A DNA stretch of 64,000 nt from an uncultured Methanomassiliicoccales archaeon (GCA_963695345.1 OY968769.1:1696001-1760000); one strand, 5' to 3'. Shown: positions 9,751-20,430, counted from the first letter of the stretch. Numbers and translations are program-made. The notes: a model not told the origin generated them from the sequence alone.

Positions 9751-9925
9751 GGGGGTGTGGGGTAACACGGTATCCTCGCGGGCTCCAGTTAATTGGGAAT
9801 GATTGCTAACGGGTTTGCTGATCCGGTGATGAATAACTGGAGCGATGACCCATTAGTTCGCGCAGGGTAGCTCCCTGCGTAGAAGAAACCCGCTGATCTG
9901 GGTTCAAATCCCAGCGCCCCCACCA
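9751..9925 (+). tRNA. tRNA-Trp(CCA) with ~99-nt intron at 37/38
   Basis: GGGGGTG/CGCCCCC acceptor with A-CCA end; GCGGG-CT-CCA-G...A-CCCGC anticodon arm. Confidence 0.93.
9789..9887 (+). ncRNA. Intron-encoded box C/D guide RNA of pre-tRNA-Trp
   Basis: C-like ATGATT, D' CTGA, C' GTGATGA, D-like ATGA; guides CGGGTTT and TAACTGGAGC are antisense to the tRNA's own AAACCCG and GCTCCAGTTA. Confidence 0.85.
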
Positions 9926-10252
9926 ATCTTACTGGATAGAGTAATTCTTAGCCCCTTCTTTTTCAATCGGGGCTCAAGCTGTCACATCCCAGAGCACGTC
10001 CCTAATACGCTCAAGTCTTGTTCTGAACATCGAAAGATTATTCCTGCATCCTTGACCGAGCCATGACCTTCGGTCCAGGTGGTCGCTATTGCAGGCGGCA
10101 GGTCGCATCGTTGGGGCTGCTAAGATCTCCTCCACCCCTTACCGAGATAATGTCCTGGCTCTCTTCCAGTAAGTTTGTGATGGTCTAGCTCGGATTTCGC
10201 AGTCCATATTTTGATATAGCTCCGGGTCGCCTGTTACAATTGGTGCAGGCTC

Positions 10253-10690
10253 GTGATCGCCCTACCGGACGAAGTCCTGAAACTTGTAAACAACCCGATG
10301 TCATCGAAGACGATAGCAACAATCAACCCAGAGGGTCGGATTCACACCATTTATATGGGAAGCATGACGGCCCTCTCGTCGAACATGATGGCCTTCGCTC
10401 ACATCCTAATGAAGAGAACGCAGGCGAACCTGGAAGAGATCAAGAAGAATGACGGGCTCGTATCGGTTTTGGTCACCTTGGATCAGGTCTCCTATGAGAT
10501 CATGGCAAAGGTCAGGGACTATGAGAGGTCGGGTCCGGTCTATGACGCAATGATGGATGTTCTAGTGAGGCTGGGTGTGAAAGAAAGTCTCGACAAATAC
10601 GGCATGGAGGTCCACGGTGTATGGATCCTCGACCCGATGGAGGTCTGGAATCAAAGCCCCGGTCCAGGCGCCGGAACCAGGATCATGTAA
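10253..10690 (+). CDS. Pyridoxamine 5'-phosphate oxidase-like FMN-binding split-barrel protein
   Basis: IATINPEG.IH, RTQANL and C-terminal VWNQSPGP.AG pattern. Confidence 0.75.
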   Translation: MIALPDEVLKLVNNPMSSKTIATINPEGRIHTIYMGSMTALSSNMMAFAHILMKRTQANLEEIKKNDGLVSVLVTLDQVSYEIMAKVRDYERSGPVYDAMMDVLVRLGVKESLDKYGMEVHGVWILDPMEVWNQSPGPGAGTRIM

Positions 10691-10837
10691 GTTATTATGC
10701 AAGAGATCTGGAATAAAATCAATCAACGATCTACCACTGTCATTGTGGTCAATCAAATTGAATATCTGGCCACTTCGGGCGTGTCAGTTCGTCCCCTTGA
10801 ACGATTCTATTGCGAATTCCACAGTTGAACCAAACGA

Positions 10838-11554
10838 CTATCTGAGGCGACCGCCCTGATACTCGAATTCCTTGGTCGCCGACCTGCTGTACTTTTCGAT
10901 GGAGGTTGGGAACAATCTCGGATACTGGATTTCGTCCAATGGAATGGAGTATAGCGTATCAGGTTTCGTAGGATCCCCACCGAACCCGATGACCACGTAG
11001 ACCTTCTCCGGTCGGTGCATTTTCTGGAACTGCTGATATCTATCCATCTGCCATCTCTCGGCCCATTTGATCTTGCCGTCGTACAGGGTCGATCTGAATT
11101 TGCACTCCACCCAAAAATAATGGCCGCTCGCCTTGTGCTGGAATCGGAAATCCGGGTTCTTCGCCTCTCCGATCTTCCTCCCATATAGGTCGTTCCGGAT
11201 TGTCGTGGCATGGACGACGTCAAAATCCTCTCGAGGGAACAGATTGCACACGAACGCTTCAAAATACTGGCCCTTGGAATAGTTCAGGGTCCACGGGTAC
11301 GGATTTCCGCAGAAGATGCAATATTTGGGCAAGATTACTTCTCCGTTCTTGCCGGTCTTACGTTCCAATACGTTGCCCTCCCTGATCTCCTCCTTGCAGT
11401 TGGGGCACTCTGTTATGAACTCAGATCCGCACCTGCATCGAGTGGGAAGGTCCTCTCCGAATCGGGTCTGAGGATCATCTGGTGTTCTTACATGTCCGCC
11501 CTTGCAAGCAACCAGGGCATCATACGATACAGTTTGACCTTTCGAACAATGCAA
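10838..11554 (-). CDS. Zn-ribbon (DUF2321-like) domain fused to a PD-(D/E)XK nuclease
   Basis: N-terminal C..GH, CRCG, CPNC, PKYCIFCGNPYPWT; C-terminal KG..FE, PDF...VECKFR. Confidence 0.7.
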   Translation of the reverse strand: MHCSKGQTVSYDALVACKGGHVRTPDDPQTRFGEDLPTRCRCGSEFITECPNCKEEIREGNVLERKTGKNGEVILPKYCIFCGNPYPWTLNYSKGQYFEAFVCNLFPREDFDVVHATTIRNDLYGRKIGEAKNPDFRFQHKASGHYFWVECKFRSTLYDGKIKWAERWQMDRYQQFQKMHRPEKVYVVIGFGGDPTKPDTLYSIPLDEIQYPRLFPTSIEKYSRSATKEFEYQGGRLR

Positions 11555-11889
11555 TACTATCGATGAAGGACGAGATTATTCTGCCTTAAGGGTTATGACC
11601 CGATTATCATTTACTAACATTGATTATATTGCACTGCTGGTATGTGAAAATTCAAGGGAAATACGACCTTGAAAGCGCTCGATAATTTTGCTCGATATTT
11701 CATGGTCCTCGATTGCACCATCGAAAATCGTTTTTGTTAGATTTCAAAATGAATTATTCTACCCTTTCCAAAGTAAAATAAGCCTACAAAATCACCATCC
11801 ATCCGTCGTCTGGTTGGCAGCCTGTAGAAAGTCAAATATTCCCACACAGCACTGGGCCCTAAACGACCGCTCGAATGTGAAATGATCCC

Positions 11890-12462
11890 ATGGCAGCAAA
11901 TGACGACATCAAGGAAGATTACAAGAGATTGGCAATAGACTGCTTGTTCACTTCACGTGGTCATTTTGCCTCGGCAGAATATTGGGGGTATGTCCGCCTG
12001 GGATTGGGATTGGCGACGACCTTTTTGGCAGCGATCTCCGGTGTCACGACGATCTTCACCGGAGGTGTGGTCCAGATCGTCGGTGGATTGATCGCGTTGT
12101 TGTCTGCGATGCTTGCCGGACTTCTGACCTTCCTTAACCCCGGTGATCAGTTCAAGAACCATCAGGAGGCCGGGATACGCTATGACGAGCTCATGCTGAG
12201 CATTAAATACAGTTGCTTGAATGATTTTGACAGTACGGATCGCAAGGTATTGATCAAAAAGCTGGAAGACTTTACCGATAAAAAGATCAGTTATAATTTG
12301 AAGTATCCAGACATATCGGACCGGTCATTCAATAAGGCAAGCAGGAGCATTGAACACGCAGGTCAAGGGGTCTACAGCGACAAAGTTTACCGGAGTCTTG
12401 GATTCTGCGGCCCTCACGAGCCTCATTGCAGCCCGCTCAATGAGAATGACAATAAACAATGA
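11890..12462 (+). CDS. SLATT-domain 2TM effector
   Basis: HF.SA..W...LGL..TFLAAISG, second TM ending TFLNP, H..AG..Y..L, C-terminal P.IS...F.KA...I. Confidence 0.8.
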   Translation: MAANDDIKEDYKRLAIDCLFTSRGHFASAEYWGYVRLGLGLATTFLAAISGVTTIFTGGVVQIVGGLIALLSAMLAGLLTFLNPGDQFKNHQEAGIRYDELMLSIKYSCLNDFDSTDRKVLIKKLEDFTDKKISYNLKYPDISDRSFNKASRSIEHAGQGVYSDKVYRSLGFCGPHEPHCSPLNENDNKQ

Positions 12463-12583
12463 TGGGCGGGAATGCCATTCATTGAAGCCATTCGTCGATC
12501 GATCAGGCAAGGAAAGCAAGGACAACATCTTTTCCCAATGCCGGACAATGGTATCGTAAAGACCGCAATTAAATCGATTTGCT

Positions 12584-13270
12584 CTAGTAAAACCATCCTT
12601 CCAGATTCTGTTTGACGCTATCAAAGGTCCTTTCCAGAAGATAGGTGTCGCTGTGGAGCGCCTCTTCGATCCTGAATACACCCGGCCTTACCGCCTTGAG
12701 CTGATCGCACGAGGTCACGATCTCCGGGACATCCCTGGACCCGTAGATGATGATGGATCTGGAATTATCCCTGTCTTGCCACCGAGGGATCTTTGCCAGG
12801 ATATCAAAGACCCGGCCCGGGCTGTCCGTGCGGACGCGATATCCCCTAAGCTTCTTGAGCAGTTCCTCAGTTCTCGCTCCATAGGACCCATCCAGCGGGG
12901 GTGAGATCCCTATGGCGAAATCCGCGCTGCTCATGAGCGAGAGGCGTCCTCCCAACGAGTGGCCTATCGCGACCACCTTGCCGAATTCCCGGGCATGGCT
13001 TATGGCCAGTTCAACATCCTGCTGCACATGTTCGTCCAGTTCATTCGGATGTTGTCCGTGTCCCCTGAGATCTATGGCATAGGTGACAAGACCGGCATCA
13101 GCAACCCGCATTGCCAGTCCAAGCTGCTCCTCTTTGCATCCGCCATATCCGTGAGTGACGACCGCAGCTCCCACCGGTCTCTCTGGAGTTATCCTGATGG
13201 CCGGGACCTTCAGGTCCACGGTTTCGATGACCATCGGCTCGATCTTCATCCGATCACACACATTCTCCAA
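12584..13270 (-). CDS. Alpha/beta hydrolase
   Basis: HGYGG, DLRGHG and GHSLGG nucleophile elbow. Confidence 0.88.
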   Translation of the reverse strand: MENVCDRMKIEPMVIETVDLKVPAIRITPERPVGAAVVTHGYGGCKEEQLGLAMRVADAGLVTYAIDLRGHGQHPNELDEHVQQDVELAISHAREFGKVVAIGHSLGGRLSLMSSADFAIGISPPLDGSYGARTEELLKKLRGYRVRTDSPGRVFDILAKIPRWQDRDNSRSIIIYGSRDVPEIVTSCDQLKAVRPGVFRIEEALHSDTYLLERTFDSVKQNLEGWFY

Positions 13271-13610
13271 CCGGTATTACCTAGATGGTCAAGAATCTTG
13301 TCCATTACCCTCGTTCAGGATCGTCCAGTAAGATAGTGGATCGCCGCTTGAATGCCATATGTTCCCCTTAATTCACATATGGTTTCATCATTGTCAAGAT
13401 TCATCGAATACCATTTTCCGAGTATTACAATAAAATACCATTTACTTCAAAACGTATTTCTAATCGATATTCCATTGAACGAAATGTGGGATCCCCGTGG
13501 ACCTTCTCCAACTTCCCCACCATATTTACTAGATTTGCGGGGATTCTCATCCTCTTCGACCTTGATCCGATCTTTTCGGTCCATAGTTATCAGGCATGCG
13601 CAGTCATTCT

Positions 13611-14717
13611 CTATCTCATGGCTTTCAGGTCGACCTTCGATTGGATCCCCTGCACTATGCGGATATCCTTCTTCAGGGATTCCACCAATGCCGATCCATT
13701 CTCCGCAGTGAGCCTCAGCCTCTCCGCGCGATAATCGGCCGTCGACTTCCCTTTCCATTCTCCCATGATGCGGATGCCGACCGGTTTGAGTGACAACGAA
13801 CCGAAATAGACCGCCGCGTCATGCAGGAACTCTACCAGCAGCCACGGGTCAAAGGGTAGATGGCTGGGGATGTCCGAAGGGTACTTGATCATCAGGGTGG
13901 GCAGCTTGGCGGCGTAGGTCTGGACCCTTGCCTTGTCGTCCGCGGTAAGGAACAATAGGTCCATCCGCTGTTCTCCGGAATGGGCTCCCAGTGCCCGGGC
14001 GATCTCCCCGTCGCGCTGCTCCTTGTCCGCCACATAGGTCCCTCCGGCCACCCGCCATAGGTTGTAGTGCTCCTCCAGCACACCCTCCTCCGCCTGGGCG
14101 TTCAGCGCCTTCCGTGCGCTCTTCATCGAGCAATTGACCATCCCTCCCACTGTCGAGGGGTTGCGGACCGCCCTCTTCAGCGCTTCGATGTCCTGATGGC
14201 TGTACTTCCCGGCCTTCTCCACCATCTCCCGCTCCACCAGGTCCGGGATCAACACCTGCACCTTGGAGGGGTCGAAGTCGCTGATACCGCAGCCCTCGCT
14301 GTGGTACATCAGTCGGCTGAACAGACGCCGGTAGGCGATGTTCGTGTCGATGGCGAACGATTCTTGCTTCGGGTAGCGGTAGGGGTCGCTCTTCCTCTTC
14401 TCCGACTTCCTGATCTCCGCCATCAGCTCGTTCAGGTTCTCCGGGGGGACCAGGAGCGAGCTGTATAGCGCCTCCTTGAGGTCGTTGTAGTCGGGCAGGT
14501 CGGCCGCCATGATGTCATTCAGCCTCGACCGCAGCTCTGGCAATACGGCATCGAAATCATGTCCATTGGCCACGCTGACTATCTCTCCGTGCTCCAGGTC
14601 GAGGTGCATCAGCGAAATTCCCAGGATGTCCGAGAAGACCTCGATGTTGCCGCGCTTCGACAGCATCAGCTCGTTCAGGACCGCCATGAGCATGTCCTTT
14701 CCCACAACGGAGTCCAA
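13611..14717 (-). CDS. PIN-domain ribonuclease with N- and C-terminal extensions
   Basis: Acidic PIN motifs FAIDTN, V.RE, RDGEI and FLTADD; TTG start with GGAGGTGA RBS. Confidence 0.8.
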   Translation of the reverse strand: MDSVVGKDMLMAVLNELMLSKRGNIEVFSDILGISLMHLDLEHGEIVSVANGHDFDAVLPELRSRLNDIMAADLPDYNDLKEALYSSLLVPPENLNELMAEIRKSEKRKSDPYRYPKQESFAIDTNIAYRRLFSRLMYHSEGCGISDFDPSKVQVLIPDLVEREMVEKAGKYSHQDIEALKRAVRNPSTVGGMVNCSMKSARKALNAQAEEGVLEEHYNLWRVAGGTYVADKEQRDGEIARALGAHSGEQRMDLLFLTADDKARVQTYAAKLPTLMIKYPSDIPSHLPFDPWLLVEFLHDAAVYFGSLSLKPVGIRIMGEWKGKSTADYRAERLRLTAENGSALVESLKKDIRIVQGIQSKVDLKAMR

Positions 14718-15192
14718 TCATCTCACCTCCCGCAGGAACTCATGGTCGTGCTGCACCGAGAGCGGGATGGTGATGTAGGGGCGGGCGGCGTTCCTCAAAG
14801 ATTCGATGTACAGGTAGAATATGTGATCGAACAGGTTCCGGTTCATTCCCGGTACGACCGCCCCCATGACCAGCGACTTTGTTCCCGGGGTCACGTCCAG
14901 GGCCAGGATATTGCCCCGACCCTTCTCCCCCTCGGCGATCTCCTTGACCTTCGACGCGATCTCCTTGATCATGTCCCCCTTCAGCGGCACGATCTCGATC
15001 TCATGGTGCTCCCCGTACTCCGCCAGGAGGGTCGCCAAGCATCGTCCTGACCTGTTCTGCGAGAGGCATCTGGCATCCGTCGGTGATGATGTAGACCTTT
15101 TCCGGAACGTAGTCATGCGTCCTGATCATCGCCCAGACCGAGTTGAACAGCCCCCAGCCGCTCCGGCCCAGCAGGGTGATCAGGACGTTCAT
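14718..15192 (-). CDS. Stand-alone CARF-like protein (one indel near 15037)
   Basis: Joined ORFs: MNVLITLLGRS...PEKVYII...LALDVTPGTKSL...HIFYL. D-x-T-x-G-x-K CARF motif II and beta1-GxS motif I. Confidence 0.72.
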
Positions 15193-16139
15193 GCCATCAG
15201 ACCCCGAACAAGAGCCTTCCTGATGCGTTCCTGCGTCTCCTGCGCCGGCGCGGTGGTGTTCACCAGATGGACCCGGACGTTGGACAGCAGCCTGGAGAAG
15301 AACTCGTAGCGGATGGCCATCTTGCGCTTGTCCCGGACCAATTGATGGGGGTTGCAGAAATCGTTCAGACGGAGATATTCGAGGGCCGCCTCAGGCTCCA
15401 GCTCGGTGACCAGGTTCGGGTCGCCGGGGTCCCGCTTCAGCAGTATGACGTCATACAGTGTGGTCAGCGGTATGACCGAGCCCTGACCGGCGATCCAGCG
15501 GACGTTCACCACCGCCCGCTGCTGTTTGTCGAACACCGCCTTCTCCACCAGCGCCCGGTACTCCGGCCAGGCCTTGCCGATGTCGGCGTCGATGTAGCAG
15601 TTCTTCTCCGAGCCGTAGGCCACTGGCCGTCCGGTGAACGGCCGCACGTAGTACCAGTCGTCGGTCACCAGCCGGGCATCCTTCATCCGAAGAAGTCCCC
15701 AGGAGTGGGTCGTCTTCCCTGTCTTGGAAGGGGCGATCAGCGACACCCCATGACCGGCGATGTCCATGGAGGCTCCGTGCACCGAATGGATGTGGTGCTC
15801 GTCCTCCAGGAGGTCGCCGGCCACGGCCAGCGCGATGCTCTTCACCCACCCGTAGTAGTCGAAGTTGAACAGGAAGGCGGTCTTGGCCACCGGTTCGTAA
15901 AGGACCTTCATCCCCTCGCCCGGGAGGTCGATCATGACCACCCGTCCATGCGAGCGAACGCTCTCCGACATGGTGTAGAAATTGTCCTCCCACATCTCCT
16001 TCATCTGGCGGTTGGTGGTCAGGAGCTTGATGCAGCAGCCGTACACCTCGGATTTGATCGAGTAGAAGTTGATGCCGGAGTACTTCTCGTACAGCCGGTC
16101 CTTTTCCTCCGGGGTGATGATCCTGACCTCGTATGGCAT
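15189..16139 (-). CDS. HPr kinase/PEPCK-like P-loop kinase
   Basis: VHGA, APSKTGKTT and LVTDDW motifs. Confidence 0.8.
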   Translation of the reverse strand: MPYEVRIITPEEKDRLYEKYSGINFYSIKSEVYGCCIKLLTTNRQMKEMWEDNFYTMSESVRSHGRVVMIDLPGEGMKVLYEPVAKTAFLFNFDYYGWVKSIALAVAGDLLEDEHHIHSVHGASMDIAGHGVSLIAPSKTGKTTHSWGLLRMKDARLVTDDWYYVRPFTGRPVAYGSEKNCYIDADIGKAWPEYRALVEKAVFDKQQRAVVNVRWIAGQGSVIPLTTLYDVILLKRDPGDPNLVTELEPEAALEYLRLNDFCNPHQLVRDKRKMAIRYEFFSRLLSNVRVHLVNTTAPAQETQERIRKALVRGLMA

Positions 16140-16186
16140 GGCCCATGATAGCGTGCGCTCTCCAAATCAATGTAACGGGTGTTCCG

Positions 16187-17763
16187 TCACTCCTTGAAAC
16201 CGTTGACGCCTTCCTTCATGAGCTTGTACTCGATGCTGTCGAGCAGCGCCATCAGCGACGCCTCGATGATGTTGCCGGAAACGCCTATCGTGGTCCAGGA
16301 GTGCTTCCCGTCCGTCGAGCGGATCAGAACGCGGACCTTGGCCGCGGTGGCGTCCTTGCCGTCGATGACCCGCACCTTGTAATCGATGAGCCGAACCTCG
16401 GCAAGCACCGGGTAGAAGCGCAGCAGCGCCTTTCTCAGCGCCCGGTCCAGCGCGTTCACCGGCCCGTTGCCGTCCGCCGCCGTGTGCTCCACCGTGCCAT
16501 CGCTGTCGACGACCCGGATCGAGGCTTCGCTGATGGTGTTCCTGGTGGAGACGTCCATGAACAGCCGGAACCCTTCCACCTTGAAGGGGGCGGTCTGCTG
16601 GTCCTTCAGCCGGCGGATGAACAGTTCCAGCGACGCTTCCGCCGCCTCGAACTGGAATCCTTCCGCCTCCATGTCCTTCATCTTCTCCAGTATGGAGCGG
16701 CCGCCGTCCTTCTCGGTCTCGATGCCCAGCTCCTTGGCCTTGGCCAGGATGGACGATGTGCCGGAAAGCTCAGAGATCAGTATGCGCCGCTCGTTGCCGA
16801 CCAGGGTCGGGTCGATGTGCTCGTAGGTCCGGCTCTCCTTGAGTATGGCCGAGACGTGCATGCCGCCCTTGTGCGCGAAGGCGCTCCTGCCCACGTAAGG
16901 AAGCCGGGGATCGGGCGATATGTTGGCCATCTCCCCCACGAAACTGGACAGCGCGGTCAGGCTGGACAGCTTGGTGACGTTCGTCTGCGCCTTCATCTTC
17001 AGGACGAGGCTGGGTATGATGGAGCACAGGTTGGCGTTGCCGCAGCGCTCGCCCAGTCCGTTGATCGTGCCTTGGACCATGGTGACCCCGGCCTGGACCG
17101 CGGCCATGGAGTTCGCCACCGCCATCTCGCAGTCGTTGTGGGCGTGTATGCCCAACGGCGTATCGAATCGGGCCCGCACCTGTTCGACCGCCTCGGTCAC
17201 CTCGGACGGGAACGTCCCTCCGTTGGTGTCGCACAGGACGAGCCATTCGGCCCCGGCGTCCCTGGCGGCCGCCAGCACCTTCATCGCGTACTCGGGGTTG
17301 TCCTTCCACCCGTCGAAGAAATGCTCCGCATCGAAGATGACGTGCTTGCCCGAACTGGATCAGGAAACCGACCGTGTCGGAAACGATCTCCAGGTTCTCC
17401 TCCAGCGAGACCCCCAGAGCCTTGGTGGCGTGCAGGTCCCAGGTCTTGCCGAAGATGCATACCCATTCGGTGTTCGCTTCCAGCAGCGACCTCATGGTGA
17501 CGTCGTCCTTGGCCGGGACCCCGGCCTTCCGGGTCGAGCCGAAGGCCACCAGTTTGGAGTGCTTCAGATCGGCCTGTCTCCGCCGCCTTGAAGAACGCCT
17601 TGTCCTTCGGGTTGGAACCGGGATACCCGCCCTCCACGAAGTCTATGCCGAACGCGTCCAGACGCTGAAGTATCTCCAGTTTGTCCTCGGTCGAGAACGA
17701 GACCCCTTCGGTCTGGGCGCCATCTCTGAGGGTCGTGTCGAACAGACTAACTTGTCGACCCAA
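16187..17763 (-). CDS. cimA: Citramalate synthase (frameshifts near 17355 and 17580, probably sequencing errors)
   Basis: DTTLRDGAQ, GGYPGSNPKD, IFGKTWDLH, HAHND, GERCGNANL, AFAHKGGMH and GNGPVNALD across three frames. Confidence 0.88.
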
Positions 17764-17813
17764 TAAAACAATCCCTTCTTGTTTCGTTGTAAGCCATGTG
17801 GAACCCTACCGTG

Positions 17814-18861
17814 TTAGGCCGTGTCTATGCGGAGCCCGATATTTAATCTCTGTGAGATACTGCCCCGCCTCTCCCGCATGACCGCATAGATGTCGCTCAT
17901 GACCGCGCTGCTGGTCTCCGCGCGTCCAGCGCCTCTCCCGGCCACGGTGATCTCCCCGGCCAGGTCGGTCTGGATGCTGAAGGTGTTCAGCGTTCCGCCG
18001 ATGGATAGCGGATGCCCGACCGGTATCAGCCTGGGGGACACCTCTCCTCCGCGCTCGGTCACCTCTCCGATCAGCCTTACGACCTTCTTGTCCTGGCCGG
18101 CCAGATTGACCGCGGCCAGGTTGATGCCCCTGATGCCCGTCCGGGCCACGTCGTTGACCGTGATGTCCTTGCCCATGATGGCATTCGCCAGGATGGCGAC
18201 CTTGCAGGCCGAGTCGATACCGTCGATATCGTACGAGGGGTCGGTCTCCGCGTATCCCATCTGCTGCGCCTCCCTCAGGGCCGGTTCGAACTGCATCCCC
18301 TCGGTCTCCATCCGGTTCAGGATGAAATTGCAGGTGCCGTTCATGATGCCCCGGATGGAGAAGATGGTCTCGCAGACCAGCAGCTCCGACGCCAGGTTTA
18401 TGACCGGTGTGGCTCCGCCCACCGACGCCTCGAAGCGCAGCCGGGCATCGTTCTTCTTGGCCAGTTTGGATATCTCCTGGAACTTAAGGGCCAGGGGTCC
18501 TTTGTTCGAGGTCACCACATCGTGGCCCGCGCGACAGCGCCGCCTTTATGTGGCCCAACCCGGGCTGGCCGTTCTTGATGTTGGTGGGGGTCATCTCCAC
18601 CAGCGTATCATATTCGATCTTTGGCAGGATGTCCTTGATGTCCTCGCTCAGTCTCTTGCCCAGTTTCCCCTTGACCATCTTGCCCCGCACAAGCTCCAGG
18701 GGGTCCAATCCGGACTTGTTTAGGGAATATGAACTGGAATCGAAGGCCCCTACGATGCGGACATTCTCCCCCAGGGTCCTCTCGAGCAATGCGTTCTTCT
18801 TGGCGATCGCCTCCGCCACTCCCTGACCGACGGTGCCGAATCCCACTAGAACGACGTCCAT
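17814..18861 (-). CDS. hom: Homoserine dehydrogenase (frameshift near 18530)
   Basis: GFGTVG, VTSNKGPLA, FEASVGGATP, NGTCNFIL, GYAETDP..DIDG.D and GAG..ET. Confidence 0.9.
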
Positions 18862-18862
18862 T

Positions 18863-19357
18863 TCAATCACCGAACCCACGGATGACGATGTACCCTGCCC
18901 GCTTCGCCCTCTCGTTGATGAACTTGTTCGCCTTCTTGATCACGTCTTTGTTGCGGACCTTGCCGGATAAAAGCGCGGCCTTGTCCTTGGCCCCTGAAAC
19001 GGAGTACCTGATGTCTATCGATTCCACTTCCCCTATGGCCTGGATGCCTTCGATGATCTTCCTGACCTCGGCGGGAGGCAGTTCACCGACGATCACATAG
19101 TCGAGCCGGAAGGTCTCGAACAGGTGGTCGATCTTCAGGACATCGACATCCTTTTCCTTCCATTCTCCGAATATGTTGTCCAGGGCCTTCTGGTTCCCGA
19201 CCTCGAAGGTCAGGTTGATGGCTATCTTGCCTCCGCTCACCTTGTCATGGCGGTGCACCACGCTCCTGATGTTGCCATCATTCTTCGATATCGGTTCCAG
19301 TGCCGCTATGAGCTGTCCTGGGACGTCCTTGAGCTGGATGTCTACGTTGACACGCAT
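18863..19357 (-). CDS. ACT-domain protein (regulatory partner of homoserine dehydrogenase)
   Basis: LKDVPGQL...LEPIS...GNIRSVVH; directly upstream of hom. Confidence 0.82.
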   Translation of the reverse strand: MRVNVDIQLKDVPGQLIAALEPISKNDGNIRSVVHRHDKVSGGKIAINLTFEVGNQKALDNIFGEWKEKDVDVLKIDHLFETFRLDYVIVGELPPAEVRKIIEGIQAIGEVESIDIRYSVSGAKDKAALLSGKVRNKDVIKKANKFINERAKRAGYIVIRGFGD

Positions 19358-19614
19358 TAGAATTCCTCAATCCTGTCGGGAGTGTTCTAATAACACGGTT
19401 CAAATAATTCAACTTCTCCACTCCCTTTACAGACTTTTTATCAGGAGAACCACCGAAGAAACCTTGGAATCGGCCTTGATAATTATCAGAATTGATTCCG
19501 AGGATGGTGCCTTTTTAGTATCGTATCATAATCTGATAACATCAGGGAATTACGTTTCAGGGACGCAATTACACCCGTCCAGGAAGACGAATTCCCACCG
19601 CTGGACTTGATAGG

Positions 19615-20430
19615 ATGAGCAGCTCGATGTTGTCGCAAGGAGGGTCGGAGGAAAGCTCCCTCACAGGGAGGTGCGGACCGAAGGTTCTCGCAATGCGTAG
19701 GAGGAGGAGCCTGACCATCAAGGCCGAGGTCGGACAGACCCGGTTGGACCTTTATCTGGACGGTGTACCGTCCATCGAGGAGACGGAGATCGGGGAGCGA
19801 TCCGCCGAAAAGGAATGGAGAACCACCATCGGCACCATGCTGAGGCACGATCTCCTGAACAAACTGACAGTGGCCCAGGGAGGCCTGGAGCTCTTTGACC
19901 GCTCTTCGGACATGAAGTTCCTGGCGATCACCAGAAGGAACCTCGAGGCATGCGGCGAGATCGTCGGAAGGATATCGACCCTGGAGAAGGCGGTCGCATC
20001 CACCACGCTCACCCCGATCGATGTAGGCAGCATTGCCCGGAACGTGATGTCCAACCACCAAGGACTGGGGATCGGCCTGGAAGTGCGCGGACGGGGCACG
20101 GTCCTGGCCGATGCGGCGCTGCACAATGTCCTGGACAATCTGGTCTCGAACTCGATCAAGCACGCGATCCCATCCAAGGTACGGATCGACATAGAAGAGA
20201 ACGGAGAGGCCGTTCTGATCAGGATCGCCGACGACGGCATCGGCATACCCGAGGAAGCGCGGGGGAGCCTGTTCCAAGAGGGGTTCAAGTACGGACCGAA
20301 TGGGAACACCGGCCTCGGACTGTTCATCGTCAGTCGTCTGGTGCAGCGTTACGGCGGCAAGATATGGCTTGACGAGAGCGTTTCTGAAGGAACCGCTTTC
20401 TGCATAGAACTGGCCAACGCGAACTGCTGA
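19615..20430 (+). CDS. Sensor-less histidine kinase (HisKA + HATPase)
   Basis: H-box RHDLLNKL, N-box NLVSNSIKH, DDGIGI and GLGL; start uncertain. Confidence 0.88.
   Translation: MSSSMLSQGGSEESSLTGRCGPKVLAMRRRRSLTIKAEVGQTRLDLYLDGVPSIEETEIGERSAEKEWRTTIGTMLRHDLLNKLTVAQGGLELFDRSSDMKFLAITRRNLEACGEIVGRISTLEKAVASTTLTPIDVGSIARNVMSNHQGLGIGLEVRGRGTVLADAALHNVLDNLVSNSIKHAIPSKVRIDIEENGEAVLIRIADDGIGIPEEARGSLFQEGFKYGPNGNTGLGLFIVSRLVQRYGGKIWLDESVSEGTAFCIELANANC

Noticed and set aside
9594-9809. 71-aa ORF overlapping tRNA-Trp
   Set aside because: Alternative frame over rpl41e that runs into the tRNA
9926-13600. Integrated provirus or ICE at tRNA-Trp (also considered for tRNA-Ser and tRNA-Glu)
   Set aside because: No integrase, transposase or duplicated tRNA 3' end (att site) seen
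16187-18861. Programmed frameshifting or pseudogenes in cimA and hom
   Set aside because: No consistent slippery sites; similar indels are scattered across the window, which favours sequencing error
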